A DNA stretch of 64,000 nt from Mantamonas sphyraenae STR306. Lineage: Eukaryota; Protista; CRuMs. The notes below the pieces were generated by a model. It did not search any database and was not told where the DNA came from. It saw only the letters and a program-made list of their open reading frames with translations. A program made the position numbers and the translations under genes. This document shows positions 25,617 through 36,845 of the stretch, one piece after another (position 1 is the stretch's first letter; every line of letters starts with the position of its first letter). The stretch covers positions 124,001 to 188,000 of the forward strand of contig JAPMXV010000038.1 of assembly GCA_026936335.1 (NCBI GenBank), in the 5' to 3' direction.

Positions 25617-25745
25617 TGAGTTGGTTTGGATGACGGGGACGGGGGTGCATTGCAGAAATTGTGTATATTAACATTCAATGCGTGTCTATGTGTCCTCCAT
25701 GATGGTTTGTCCATGATGATGGTACTGGGTTGCAATGGGGGCGTG

Positions 25746-28700
25746 TTAGGCCTCGTAGGCACGGTTGCCGGCGTTGCGGCGCCACTTCTTTTCCATGGCA
25801 TCGAGCTCGGTGCGATGCATCCTGAGTTGTTGCTCCTGTTCGACGGAGCGGATGGCCATGGGTGGTTTGGTGAGGGAGAGGAGCATGGGTACGGCGAACC
25901 AGGCAAAGAGAAAGGAAACCAGGAGGGAGCCCTGGAGGACGAGCACAAAGCCAAATGTGCCACCATCGGCGCTGAAGAACAAGGCAGCCGAACTGGCACT
26001 GGTGAAGTAGCCTCCCAACACACTGGAACCAATGTCTGTGAACATGCGTTGGATGCGTTGTTTGGTGGTGCCCTGGGCCGTGTTGAAGTGCAGCACCATG
26101 TGGGCGGAAAAGTCCACGCCTCCAGACAGGGTCAACAGGCCCAGCAGGAAGCTAAAGTCACCCACGCCTGCACCGCTGATGACGTTGATTGTGAGCGCAG
26201 AGAGGGCACTGACCACCATGGAAAAGCCCACAATGACGGCTGTGAACGGGTTGATGAGCAACACACAACAGCTTGCCACCACGAGGAACACTGCCACCAG
26301 TGCTTGCACACCCAACTGCTCCAGATACAACAGATTGTCCACAATGTCACCGTACTCCTCGCACGAGGGCATCATGACCCCATTGTTGATCACCGCCTTC
26401 ATGTGGCTGACAACACCATCCAGCTGCGCACGTGCTGTGTTGTACTCCTCCACACGTGGCACATACGTCACCAGTCGCGACATTTGGATGCGAGTCTTGT
26501 CATTGCTGAGCAAAACGTCACGTCGAGCTTGGGCGGCAATTTCCGAGGAGGCCGCGTACTGCTTGAACAGCTGCAAGATGGCAGCGTCGCTGTCGAGCTG
26601 CGCCGTGCCGTTTGCATACGCTATCATGTCACGCAGCCAGCAGCGTGACGTGGTGCCCGGGATGCGAGCTGGAAGTGAGTCGATGAGATCGCAGGCTTGC
26701 AAGATTAGCTGCCGATCGGCGGCGCTGGTCAGCTTGCGAAAGGGCTCCACCAGAAAGGAGACCTCGTTGGGAGACACGGGAAACATGGCATGCATGGACT
26801 GCAGCGCACGGTCTGTTTCGCCGCCGGGCACACGCACAGCCATAGGGCCCGTGCGTGTCATGGTGCACGTGGCACCAAACACAGCCGCTGCAATCACTGT
26901 CAGGGTGACCAGCACGTTGATGACGGTGCCCGCACGCGACACGCTGACACGTCCCCACCAGTGACTGAACCGGCCTCCGAGTGACACAATCAGCAGTTCC
27001 GTCTGCCCATCCTCTGTCCACACCTGTCGTGCGCCACGCACGCGTGCAGCAGAAGAGCTTGCGTCGGACAAACGTCCCACGGAACTTCGATCCGTGGACG
27101 AGCGATCGTCTCGATTCGCACGGCCGGAATCCAAGCGGAAACTGTCCACCGAGGTGTTGCTGTTGAGTGGTGTGTTGTTGGGTGCCTCATCACCTCCCAC
27201 AGCGCGTTCGCTGCCCTTGAGTTGGTGGTCCTGGCTGTCCTGGTGCTCCTGCAGGGCTTTGGCGCCCAGGTAGGACACCTCAGTGTCGCTGGTGGGTGGT
27301 TTGGAACGCGAGGGCATGCGCACCGCCTCCGGCTGCTGCTGTTGCAACTGGTTGTCCCCACCGGTCTCCACGTCGTCATCGTCGTCATCGTCGTCGTTCC
27401 ACATCTGACCCTCCTCGTCGGCACACTTGATACAACAGCAGCAGTCGCCTCGACCGGCCGATTCGCGTTCGAGGTCGTATGCAAGCACGGCAGTGAACCA
27501 GGAGAGTTGCAGGAGAAAGTCAAGGATGAGGGCAGCCACCAGCACTGTGCAAAAGATGCTCAGGGTGCTACTGGAGGAAAACATGCCGGGCACAAACACA
27601 AGCACATCGGTGACTGTGGTGGCAAAGATGCTGGTGGCAGACTCGGACAGGGCGGTTGCCAGACGGCGAGCTGGAGCCATGGCGCGTGGGGTGCGACGCA
27701 CGGATGTGATGATAAGCACACAGTCGTCCACACCGACGGCAAACAGAAAGTACCATCCAATCACAATGAGGTAGGAGAGGTCGATGCCGGCCACAGCGAG
27801 GCTGATGACCACCACAAGATTGGCAAGCAGCACATTGACAAACGAGGCCAATGCTACGCCCACCTTGCTGCCCACGTGTGGTTGGCTGCCAATGATGATG
27901 AGGAACACAATCAGAGTGGCAAACCAGGAGCCTGTCGTCGGCGCAACCTCCGGCGCTGGAACGGCTTGTGTCAGCACGAATCGCTGCACTCCCGCAGGCA
28001 GCGCCAGTTTGCGGATACGCGCCATGGCATCGCCCTGCATCTGTGCGTATCGACCCATGGTGTAAACCTCCTCCCCTGCTTGGATGATCTGTACGTGTGT
28101 GGTGTGTGAGCGCCGAATAGAACGCGAGTGTGCGTTTTTTCTTCGGTTTCTTTTTTTGCACCTCTGGTCAAAAAAATGAGGCGCCGAGAGCACATTGGTG
28201 GCAAACAACAAACGTACCCCTTGCAGAGGCCACACGCCTCGCATGGCCTGCACATCGCCTCCATTGCGTCTCACGAGCAAGGAATCCGACCATTGGATGG
28301 TGCTGTTGGTGCTGTTGCTAGCGCCAGGGAGGTGTTTCAAGCACGCCCCGTTGTGGGCGAGGTGTGTGGAAACACGTCGCAGTTCAGAAGGAACCGCAAC
28401 CCGACACATGTCCTTGTAACTCTCACCAGCTCCAGAGGCCTGTTCTATCTGTTGATCAGCCTGGAGAAGCAACGTGCGCATGGTGTCCTCGCTGACGGTG
28501 CTCTTTGGGTCGCGGACGAGCAGGACAGAGATGAACTGGTCATTGCCGTAATTTTTACCCACCAGAGCATAGGCACTGGTGCTGTTGGTCATCAGAGGGA
28601 CGTTGGACAGGTCGAGTTTGATCATGCCGCCCAGGGGAAGGAATGCAAGGCAGAACAGCGTCGTGCACAGAAGCACGCGTCCGCGGTACTTGTGCACCAT

Positions 28701-28892
28701 CAAACCCAGCGAGTAGAACCACTGATGCAGCAGCAGATCTGTTTTAAGGCCGAGGCGCATGTACGAGGGCGCACGCCGACCAATCATGGCCGTCGTTTTC
28801 CGGCTGAGGATCGGGGTCGAGGGCATCAACGAAAGAGCTTGTTTTGCGGAGGGTCGAGAAGGTTTGGGAGCAGGGGGGGCGGGGGCTCCCAT
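25746..28892 (-). CDS. Patched/NPC1-like sterol-sensing RND membrane protein, copy 1; intron 28089-28217
   Basis: SSD with FLFAVGVDDCVLII, ESATSIFATTVTD, DFLLQLSWF; second half GGVDFSAHM; about 12 TM helices in two repeats. Confidence 0.85.
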   Translation of the reverse strand: MGAPAPPAPKPSRPSAKQALSLMPSTPILSRKTTAMIGRRAPSYMRLGLKTDLLLHQWFYSLGLMVHKYRGRVLLCTTLFCLAFLPLGGMIKLDLSNVPLMTNSTSAYALVGKNYGNDQFISVLLVRDPKSTVSEDTMRTLLLQADQQIEQASGAGESYKDMCRVAVPSELRRVSTHLAHNGACLKHLPGASNSTNSTIQWSDSLLVRRNGGDVQAMRGVWPLQGVRLLFATNVLSAPHFFDQRCKKRNRRKNAHSRSIRRSHTTHVQIIQAGEEVYTMGRYAQMQGDAMARIRKLALPAGVQRFVLTQAVPAPEVAPTTGSWFATLIVFLIIIGSQPHVGSKVGVALASFVNVLLANLVVVISLAVAGIDLSYLIVIGWYFLFAVGVDDCVLIITSVRRTPRAMAPARRLATALSESATSIFATTVTDVLVFVPGMFSSSSTLSIFCTVLVAALILDFLLQLSWFTAVLAYDLERESAGRGDCCCCIKCADEEGQMWNDDDDDDDDVETGGDNQLQQQQPEAVRMPSRSKPPTSDTEVSYLGAKALQEHQDSQDHQLKGSERAVGGDEAPNNTPLNSNTSVDSFRLDSGRANRDDRSSTDRSSVGRLSDASSSAARVRGARQVWTEDGQTELLIVSLGGRFSHWWGRVSVSRAGTVINVLVTLTVIAAAVFGATCTMTRTGPMAVRVPGGETDRALQSMHAMFPVSPNEVSFLVEPFRKLTSAADRQLILQACDLIDSLPARIPGTTSRCWLRDMIAYANGTAQLDSDAAILQLFKQYAASSEIAAQARRDVLLSNDKTRIQMSRLVTYVPRVEEYNTARAQLDGVVSHMKAVINNGVMMPSCEEYGDIVDNLLYLEQLGVQALVAVFLVVASCCVLLINPFTAVIVGFSMVVSALSALTINVISGAGVGDFSFLLGLLTLSGGVDFSAHMVLHFNTAQGTTKQRIQRMFTDIGSSVLGGYFTSASSAALFFSADGGTFGFVLVLQGSLLVSFLFAWFAVPMLLSLTKPPMAIRSVEQEQQLRMHRTELDAMEKKWRRNAGNRAYEA

Positions 28893-29030
28893 GCATCAGA
28901 TTGCCAATTGAGGTTTTGTTTTCATGGGGAAGGTCCAGTGGCAAGGGTGAAATGGATGGTTGTGCACAGGGATTTTCAGTGCATGGATTTGAAAATGGTG
29001 AAAAATATCCGCGAACGAGAGAAAGGGATC

Positions 29031-31959
29031 TCACGCATCCTCGTATCTCCTTGCACCGCTCTCTTTGCGCCACCTCTTTTCCACAGCATCCAATGCGCTC
29101 TTGCGCAGCTTCAGCTGCTGCTCCTGCTCGATGGAGCGCAGGGCGACGGGAGGCTTGGTCAACGAGAGGAGCAGGGGCACGGCAAACCAGGCAAAGAGCA
29201 CCGAAGCCAGGAGGGAGCCCTGCAAGGCAAGGACAAAGCCATAGAAGCTGCCATCGGAACCGAGCAGAAACAGCACCGCCGAACTGGCACTGGTGAAGTA
29301 GCCTCCCAACACGCTGGATCCAATGTCTGTGAACATGCCTTGGATGCGTTGCTTGGTGGTGCCCTGGGCCGTGTTGAAGTGCAGCACCATGTGGGCGGAA
29401 AAGTCCACGCCTCCAGACAGGGTCAACAGGCCGAAAATGAAAGTCAGGTAACCGACGCCAGCACCAATGACAACCATCAGAGTCAGAGCGCTGAGTGCAC
29501 TGACCATCATGGAAACACCCACAATGACGGCTGTGAACGGGTTGATGAGCAACACACACAACAGCTTGCCACCACGAGGAGAACCGCAGCAATCGCCTGC
29601 AAACTCAACTGCTGCAGGTACAACTCGTTGTCGACGATATCGCTGTACTCCTTGCATGCGGGCATCATGACACCGTTGTTGATGACGCCTTTCATGTGTG
29701 CGAGCACGCCATCCAGCTGTGATCGCGCTGCGTCACTCTCCTCCACGCGGGGCACAAACGTCACCAGCCGCGACGCCTCAATCCTTTTCCCGTCATCTCT
29801 GAGCATCACATCACGACGAGCCTTGGTGGCAGTGTGTGATGACGCTGTGTAGCGCTTGAAGAGCTCCACCAGCCCCTCTTCGCTGTCCAGCAGCTGGTTG
29901 GCCGTCGTGCTGTTGGCAAACGCAAGCATGTCACGCAACCAACAGCGTGACTCGGTGCCCTGTATCCGTTCTGGCAGCGTGTCAATGGCATCACATGCAT
30001 CCAACACCCTTTGGCGATCCTCGGGGGTGGACAGACGTCGATGAGGTTCCACCATGAAATGCACCTCGTTGGGAGTCACAGCAAAGGCATTGCGCATCTG
30101 TGTCACGGCCACATCTGTTGGACCGCCACGCACACGCACTGCAAGTGCACCCGTGCGTGTCATGGTCACTGTGGCTCCGTACACGGCGGCAGAAAGCAAC
30201 GCCACGGTGACGAGGGCATTCAGCATCATTCCCATGCGTGACACACTGAACCGACCCCACCAGTGACTGAAACGGCCTCCCAGAGACACAATGAGCAGTT
30301 CCATCTTGCCATCCTTGGTCCATGCCTGGCGCGCACCACGCACTCGGTCGCTGTCACTTCGATCCGAGGCAAACGATCCCCTCCCTGTGGATACGTCCAC
30401 AGAGGTGTTTTCCATCGGTGTCGTCACTGCAGTGTCCGCAGTCACGTTGTCCGAACTCACACGACGTGCGTCAAAGCTGAGTTTGCTCACCATGGGCGAT
30501 TTGGGCACCGCCGACGGGAACTGCGCCTCCTCCACCTCCTCGTCATCCAGCCACTCCTGGCCCTCCTCATCGGCCATCTTGATGCAACACAGCACATCGC
30601 CTCGTCCACGTGCCTCCCGTTCCAGGTCGTACGCAAGCACGGCGGCAAACCAAGTCAGCTGCAGCACAAAGTCGAGAGTCAGCGCGGTGGCAATCACCGC
30701 ACAGAACGTCGACACGGACACACTGGAGGAAAACAGACCGGGCACAAACACAAGCACATCGGTGACTGTGGTGGCAAAGATGCTGGTGGCAGACTCGGAC
30801 AGGGCGGTTGCCAGACGGCGAGCTGGGGCCATGGCGCGTGGGGTGCGACGCACAGAGGTGATGATAAGCACACAGTCGTCCACACCGACGGCAAAAAGGT
30901 AGAACCAGCTGATGATGATGAGGAATGACATGTCGATGCCCATGGCTGCTGCGGCGAGAAGCACCACGGCGTTGGCAAGCAGCACGTTGACAAACGAGGC
31001 CAATGCAACGCCCACCTTGCTCCCCACGTGTGCTTGACCGCCAATCATCATCACAAACACAACCAATGTGGCCATCCATGTGCCGACAGCCATCGTCACG
31101 GGTGGCAAGGGAACGCGGTTGGCAAGCACAAACGCATCCAGCGAGGCCGGCAACTTGAGCGTCCGAACTCGTGCCATAGCATCGTCCTGAACCGCAGTGT
31201 ACTTGTTGGCCTCGTAGGCCTCCTCGCCTCCTTGTAGGATCTGTGGAAAAACACAGACAGGTGTCAGCATGGCGCGCGCACAGAAGGAAAAAGGGGAAAC
31301 GTGCAAAGCTTTGACATCTTCCAGATCCCTTTTCCGCAAACGCACTCCTTCAAGGGGCCACACGCCTCGCATCGCCACGACACTGCCTCCAGATCGATGG
31401 ACCAGTAAGGCATCGGACCATTCTGCGTCATGTGTCGTGTTCAGCACCGCGGCGGGGAGGAGCTTCCTGCACGGTCCGTGGTTGGGTCCGTCGTTGTGTT
31501 TGCCAAACCGCAGTTCTTTCGATGGGCTGGCAGCCTCGCACATTTGGTCGAATCGTTCCCCACCCCCCACGGCCCCTTGAATGGACTTGTCCACCTCTTG
31601 CATCGCATTGACAAACGTCCTCTCCTCGACAGATGCACCCGCGTGCCGCACAAGCAGCACCGATGTGAATATCGGATGCCCAAACGACTTTCCAAGCTCT
31701 GCGTACGCGCTGCTGCTGTTTGTCAGAAGCGGCACCGCAGTCACATTTTGGCGGACCATGCCAGACAGTGGCACAAACGCCAGGCAGAAGACTGTCGTCA
31801 GCAGAAGCACGCATCCGCGGTTCCTGTGCACCCGCAACCCCAAGTCGTAGAACCACTGGTGGAGCAACAAATCGGTCTTCAAGCCCACACGCATGTACGA
31901 GGCGCACGACGGCCAATCATCGCCGTCGTTTTGCGACTCAGCGAGTGTGGTCGGGGCAT
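29031..31959 (-). CDS. Patched/NPC1-like sterol-sensing RND membrane protein, copy 2; intron 31241-31345; apparent frameshifts near 31901 (-1) and 29555 (+2)
   Basis: Collinear paralog of 25746-28892 with the same intron position. Comparison with copy 1 shows a missing G (gagggcgc vs gaggcgc) and an extra CA (caacacacaac vs caacacacacaac). Confidence 0.8.
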
Positions 31960-32002
31960 GCTTTCTCTGCCAGCTTTGGTTTTGCCAAACGGGCGGCCTC
32001 CT

Positions 32003-35000
32003 TCATTCGTCCTCACTGTCGACTCGCTCGCCACGTTGCGCAAGCCGTTGGAACCGCTCTGCGGCTTTGCGCACCTTTTTGTTTGCATCCGAACATTGGC
32101 AGGCGGCTTCATACCATGCCTCGGCGAGTTGCAGATCCTGCACCTCGGACTGCAGCCATCGCGCCACATCCAAAGCCACGGTGGCCTTTGTGATGTGTCC
32201 CTCTGAGCGTATGTGTTCCAATGTGACGGCCCACCTGTCCTGTGCCTGCTCTTGGTCCTGATCATCCTGACCCTGATCCTGCCGCGCGATCCCATACTCG
32301 TGCTTCACAAGGCGCACCCACGCATACTGATTGTCCTTGTCGGCCAGGAGAGACACACGCAAGGCCTCTGTGTACAACGCCTTTGCAGCCGCACCCTTTT
32401 CCTTCTCCAAATGCTCGCACAACTTCTGCAGCGGTTTCTTGTCCCACACACTGAAGCTTGCTGCGTTGGGCATGGCAAACATGTCGTCTGCCAACGCGAT
32501 TGCCCGTTCGTACTGCCCGCTGTCCACCAGGAATTGCAGGTAGCCCGCACGCGCTTTGGTGTGTGTCGCATCCGATGCCAACGCACGCTGGAACAGTGCC
32601 TCGGCAGCCTCCTCGTCGTGTCGTACGCTGTACATGAAGCGTGCAAAGTCTTTGAGGGCGTTGGTGTGGTTGGGTTTGTGCTTGAGACACTTTTCGTACA
32701 GCTCCTGTGCCCTGTCCCAATCCTTCCAGCGACGTTCGCAGGCCATCGCTGCGTAGTACAGCGATCGCGCATGCCGCGGATCTGCCTTGAGCGCCCGTTT
32801 GTACATCTCCATGCTCTGGGTGGGATCACCCTTGACCTCACACAGGAATCCATAGTTGCACAGTGTGCGTGCGTCCTCGCCGTCGCGAAGTGCGGTGACA
32901 AATTGCTCCTCCGCCATCGACAGCAACCTTGCCTTTTCCTCGCCCTTCTTGCGGCGGGACTTGATGAACAGTGCCGTGCCCATGCAGTAAGACACCAGAT
33001 TGAGTTTCTTGATGCGTGGCGCCACGGCAATCACGTGCGAATCGTCGAATATCGGTGCGTATGCAAACGCCTCTGCGTTGCGACTCAATCGTGCCACCAC
33101 GTTGGGTGCCAACTCCAGCGAGGTGAGTTGCATCACGCGTGAAAACAGCAACGGATGGTCCACCGCCTTTTTCAGGTTCTCTGGCAGTTGCACCGCACGC
33201 ACGTTGGCAAACACTTGTTCAATCGTCTTGGGTACAGCCACCTCGTCACGCAGCGATGCTGATGCTGGTGACGACGACGATGATGACGACGATGATGACG
33301 ATGACGATGATGCTTCGCTCGCGGTTGTCTGTCGCGTGGCCGCAATCTCTCGTGCGCAGCAGAACGAGTGTGCCACATCCTCTGCCAACACGTCGTTCCA
33401 GTGCCTCCGCGAGGCGGCGGAACTCTCAAGCACCAGGTTGAGGTAATCGACGGCTGTGCTGACGTAGGGTGTGTGTGCAGGCACTCGCAGTTCCTCCATG
33501 ACCGCAGTCCATCGGCGGCGCAGGTTGTTCTTGATGCTGCGTGCGCACATCTCGATCAGCACACGCGACGCCCACGTGTGCGCACCCATGGCCCGCAATT
33601 CGCTGTACACAAGCCCCAGGTAGCGAAGGTTGATGCCATCGGCGTGGCACAGCTCGTTGATGCGTTCGCTTTCGTTTCCAAACGGATCCAATTCTGCAAG
33701 CCCCGCCGCAAAATCGGGGATTCGCTGCGTCACCAGCGTGTTGAAGGCACGCACCACCTCCCTGCAATCCCGTCGGTAATTGCTCACGTACCGCTGTCGC
33801 TCCTCGCTGCTGTGCAGCTTGGTTTGTCCCGGCGTAAAGAATGCATCCGGCGACAACGGCTTGGCAAACGAACGCACGAGCTCCGGACGCAACAGATGCA
33901 CCAGCTGCGATCCCGTGTCACTGTGTTTGCAGTACACAGGTGGGAAACAGCGTGCAAAGTCGACCAGATAGTGCCGTACGCGTCCATCCTCTTCCACCAC
34001 CCTGTGGCCCTCCAGGTCAAACGGCGTGTGCAAATGGATGCGATTTCCCACCTGATGCTGCTTCAGATTCATCACACTTGCCACCTTGGCCAGCTTGGCG
34101 TCCAATTCCTCGTCCTCACGCACAATGGTGTTGCCTCCATCCGCACTGCCCAGCACCAGTGTGCTCGCATCGATCGGCAACCGACTGATGGCAATGAGAC
34201 GAAAGCCCAGGTAATCGATGAGCACCATCAGTGGGAAGGACAGCCCCTCCACACCGGTCTTCATGAACGCCTTGAGCCCCTTGAGTTCGTGGTTGGCCAC
34301 CTTGGCCGCCGCCTTGTTGTCGTGGCCATACAAACCCTCGTTGTCCACGGCAAACTTGAACAGGATGCCATGCACCAGGTACTTCTCGCCGCCGGCAATG
34401 CCCCCCAGCGTGGACATCGGCTTGATTGTTTTCTGGTGCTCCGGCAGGAACTTTTCCATAATGATGATCCGTCCTAACGACGTCGCAAGCTCGCTGAAAT
34501 CGGACGCCAATGCACTCAGCTGCAGGAATTTCGACTCTTCGCTAAGAATGGTTTCGTCGTGCATCGACTCGACAATCGCCTGGTACTGCGCATTCCAATC
34601 CCTCTCCAGGGTCGTCCTCTCCTCCCCCAGCCAGTCGTGCACCTGCGACTCCATCACCGTCACGTTGTCCACCTGGTAATGCGACAGCTGCTGCGGCGAC
34701 GGCGGAGTTCCTGTGGAGGTGGATACGTTGTTGGAGGAGGATGCAGCAGCTGTGACTCCAACCCCACCTGGACTCCCACCCTTCCCTGTCGCTCTGTTGT
34801 GTTGCTGTGTCTGTCTCTGCTGACTCTGCTGTCCAAGAAGCATGCGGAACAGTGTCTGCTTCAGTGTCTGTGTGTCCATGGCTTCCACCTTGGCGGCAAT
34901 GGCAGCCAGAGGATTCCCACCCGCGTTGTCCATGTGATGTTGTTGCTCAAATCCCATGTTGTCGCCCACAGCATAGCCATGGGCGGGTGTACCTGCTTCA

Positions 35001-35641
35001 TGCTGTGTGTCCTTTGTCTGTTTGCGTCCTGCACGGGAAAGGCCGCCGTATTCGTCGCCTGCCGCTGCCTCGGAATACGTGTCTACTGTGTTGATGGACT
35101 GTAGAAGGGCGTCAAAGTCGGCGTGCTGCTCCACATTGGCATACACGTTGGAGGATGAGACGACGAAAAAGTTGTCAAAGTCGTCGCCGGTGAAGGAGGA
35201 GCTCTCTTCGTCGTGAAGCAGGTCGTCGTCGGTGGTGGTGGACTCGCTGACACTTGGAGCGAGGTCCAGTTCACTCAGGGTGCCTGCCAGCGAGCCCACA
35301 GACTCGTACTCGCCATGTGGATCCATGTCGCTGGACATGGAGGTGTTGGACGAGGCCCAGTCGTCGTGGAGAGAGGACGACGAGGTGGAATGACGCACCA
35401 CCTGCACTTCCAACGTGGCCGCCGCCGCTTGCTCGTCCGCCACGTGATCGTCCACGTGCTCACCCCATTGGCCGCTGGTGGACCCGGTTCCCGCATGTGC
35501 ACTCGTGCCCAGCAGCGAGGGAAAGTCGTCACTCTGTGTGCGTTCCAGCGAGGGACGGCTGCTGCTGCTGCTGCTGCTGCTGCCGCTGCTGCGCTGTTTG
35601 CCCCACGCCGACATTTTCCCTTTTCCCTTTGTGTTGCCCAT
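32003..35641 (-). CDS. Clu-domain protein with C-terminal TPR repeats
   Basis: RDWNAQYQ, GGIAGGEKYLVHGILFKFA, AKVANHELKGL, PLMVLIDYLGFRLIAIS, DLEGH, YLVDFARCFPP, LLRPELV, HADGINLRYLG; TPR-like repeats at the C-terminus. Start MGNTK (35641) or MSAWG (35614). Confidence 0.85.
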   Translation of the reverse strand: MGNTKGKGKMSAWGKQRSSGSSSSSSSSRPSLERTQSDDFPSLLGTSAHAGTGSTSGQWGEHVDDHVADEQAAAATLEVQVVRHSTSSSSLHDDWASSNTSMSSDMDPHGEYESVGSLAGTLSELDLAPSVSESTTTDDDLLHDEESSSFTGDDFDNFFVVSSSNVYANVEQHADFDALLQSINTVDTYSEAAAGDEYGGLSRAGRKQTKDTQHEAGTPAHGYAVGDNMGFEQQHHMDNAGGNPLAAIAAKVEAMDTQTLKQTLFRMLLGQQSQQRQTQQHNRATGKGGSPGGVGVTAAASSSNNVSTSTGTPPSPQQLSHYQVDNVTVMESQVHDWLGEERTTLERDWNAQYQAIVESMHDETILSEESKFLQLSALASDFSELATSLGRIIIMEKFLPEHQKTIKPMSTLGGIAGGEKYLVHGILFKFAVDNEGLYGHDNKAAAKVANHELKGLKAFMKTGVEGLSFPLMVLIDYLGFRLIAISRLPIDASTLVLGSADGGNTIVREDEELDAKLAKVASVMNLKQHQVGNRIHLHTPFDLEGHRVVEEDGRVRHYLVDFARCFPPVYCKHSDTGSQLVHLLRPELVRSFAKPLSPDAFFTPGQTKLHSSEERQRYVSNYRRDCREVVRAFNTLVTQRIPDFAAGLAELDPFGNESERINELCHADGINLRYLGLVYSELRAMGAHTWASRVLIEMCARSIKNNLRRRWTAVMEELRVPAHTPYVSTAVDYLNLVLESSAASRRHWNDVLAEDVAHSFCCAREIAATRQTTASEASSSSSSSSSSSSSSPASASLRDEVAVPKTIEQVFANVRAVQLPENLKKAVDHPLLFSRVMQLTSLELAPNVVARLSRNAEAFAYAPIFDDSHVIAVAPRIKKLNLVSYCMGTALFIKSRRKKGEEKARLLSMAEEQFVTALRDGEDARTLCNYGFLCEVKGDPTQSMEMYKRALKADPRHARSLYYAAMACERRWKDWDRAQELYEKCLKHKPNHTNALKDFARFMYSVRHDEEAAEALFQRALASDATHTKARAGYLQFLVDSGQYERAIALADDMFAMPNAASFSVWDKKPLQKLCEHLEKEKGAAAKALYTEALRVSLLADKDNQYAWVRLVKHEYGIARQDQGQDDQDQEQAQDRWAVTLEHIRSEGHITKATVALDVARWLQSEVQDLQLAEAWYEAACQCSDANKKVRKAAERFQRLAQRGERVDSEDE

Positions 35642-35686
35642 TCGCACGCAGGGGACTCGGACACGAAACGGGACGGAAGACAAGGG

Positions 35687-36802
35687 ATGGCAGAGCGCAA
35701 GGCAACAAACAAGTACTATCCACTGGATTGGACACCTCAGCATGGCAGTGTCAACGCGTACCACGGGCAACATCCGTTGCGAGAACGGGCACGCAAGATC
35801 AAACAGGGCATCCTGGTGATCCGGTTTGAGATGCCCTTTAGCGTGTGGTGTCTCCATTGCCGCAGTCACATTGGCATGGGCACGCGGTTCAATGCGGAGA
35901 AGAAAACGGTGGGCAAGTACTTCAGCACAAACATCCTCTCCTTCACCATGAAGTGCACCACATGCAAACAGACCCTGGAGATCCAAACAGACCCAAAGGC
36001 ACGCGACTACGCCTGTGTGCGTGGATGTGAACGCAAAGCGTCAGCCTCGGGTGGCCTGGTGGAAGTTGAGCAGCGGATGCCCGACGGTCACTCCCAGCCC
36101 GTGGAGGATGCCTTTAGCAAGCTGGAAAAGGAGCAGGCGCAGCTGAAACGGGTGGCCAGCGAACATGAACGCGTGCGCAAGATCCAAGCCATGCAGGAGT
36201 CGCGGCACAAGGACGACTGGGAACGCAGCAGGGAGCTACGCCGTCGTATGCGCGAATCCAAGAAGCGCACGCGACAATTGGACGAGGAATGGGCAGAGGC
36301 ACAGAAGGATTACCGCACCCTTCCCTCCCTACAGTTTGAACTGCTCCCAGGCACCCAAGTGGAGGCGTTGACTGCCCAAGAGGTGTTTGCCGAGCTCCAC
36401 AAGCGCAAGAAGCGCAAAAAGAGCAGCAGTGTGGGTGGTGGTGGTGGTGGTGGCGGTAGCAGCAGTAGCAGCAGCAGTGGTGTGGTAGCTGCTGCCAGTG
36501 GGGGTGGGGTGTCCCTGGGCGGTGCACTGGCCAAGCAGCAGACGAGGGCGACGAGAAAACGAGCCGCCATGCTCAAGAGGTTGGTGCACAAGGGGATGCG
36601 TGTGGATGCGCCGAGTGTGGGGAAGCAGTTGGAAGAAGAGAGGATACGCGTGAGTGCCCCGGTGGAAGTGAAGAAGAAGAAGAAGCAGCAAAGGCAAAAG
36701 CAGAGGCAGGAGACGGACAAGACACAACAGCAACAACAACAAGCACCACCAACAGGGCCACAGACGGCATTGGATGCCTTGAGTGGCTACGGTTCGGATT
36801 GA
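35687..36802 (+). CDS. YJU2B: Splicing factor YJU2B/CCDC130 (CWC16 family)
   Basis: MAERKATNKYYPLDW...GILVIRFEMPFSVWCLHC...GTRFNAEKK...IQTDPK. Confidence 0.93.
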   Translation: MAERKATNKYYPLDWTPQHGSVNAYHGQHPLRERARKIKQGILVIRFEMPFSVWCLHCRSHIGMGTRFNAEKKTVGKYFSTNILSFTMKCTTCKQTLEIQTDPKARDYACVRGCERKASASGGLVEVEQRMPDGHSQPVEDAFSKLEKEQAQLKRVASEHERVRKIQAMQESRHKDDWERSRELRRRMRESKKRTRQLDEEWAEAQKDYRTLPSLQFELLPGTQVEALTAQEVFAELHKRKKRKKSSSVGGGGGGGGSSSSSSSGVVAAASGGGVSLGGALAKQQTRATRKRAAMLKRLVHKGMRVDAPSVGKQLEEERIRVSAPVEVKKKKKQQRQKQRQETDKTQQQQQQAPPTGPQTALDALSGYGSD

Positions 36803-36845
36803 GGATGGCAATGCGCAGGCAAAGGCATGGAAAATTGAACCGCAC

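Noticed and set aside
3243-31345. Several stop-free 3n introns (PAXX, GH15 intron 1, ChAP intron 2, both Patched introns) as regulated intron retention
   Set aside because: About a third of introns are 3n by chance, and CA/GT-rich sequence rarely contains stops; no excess is evident.
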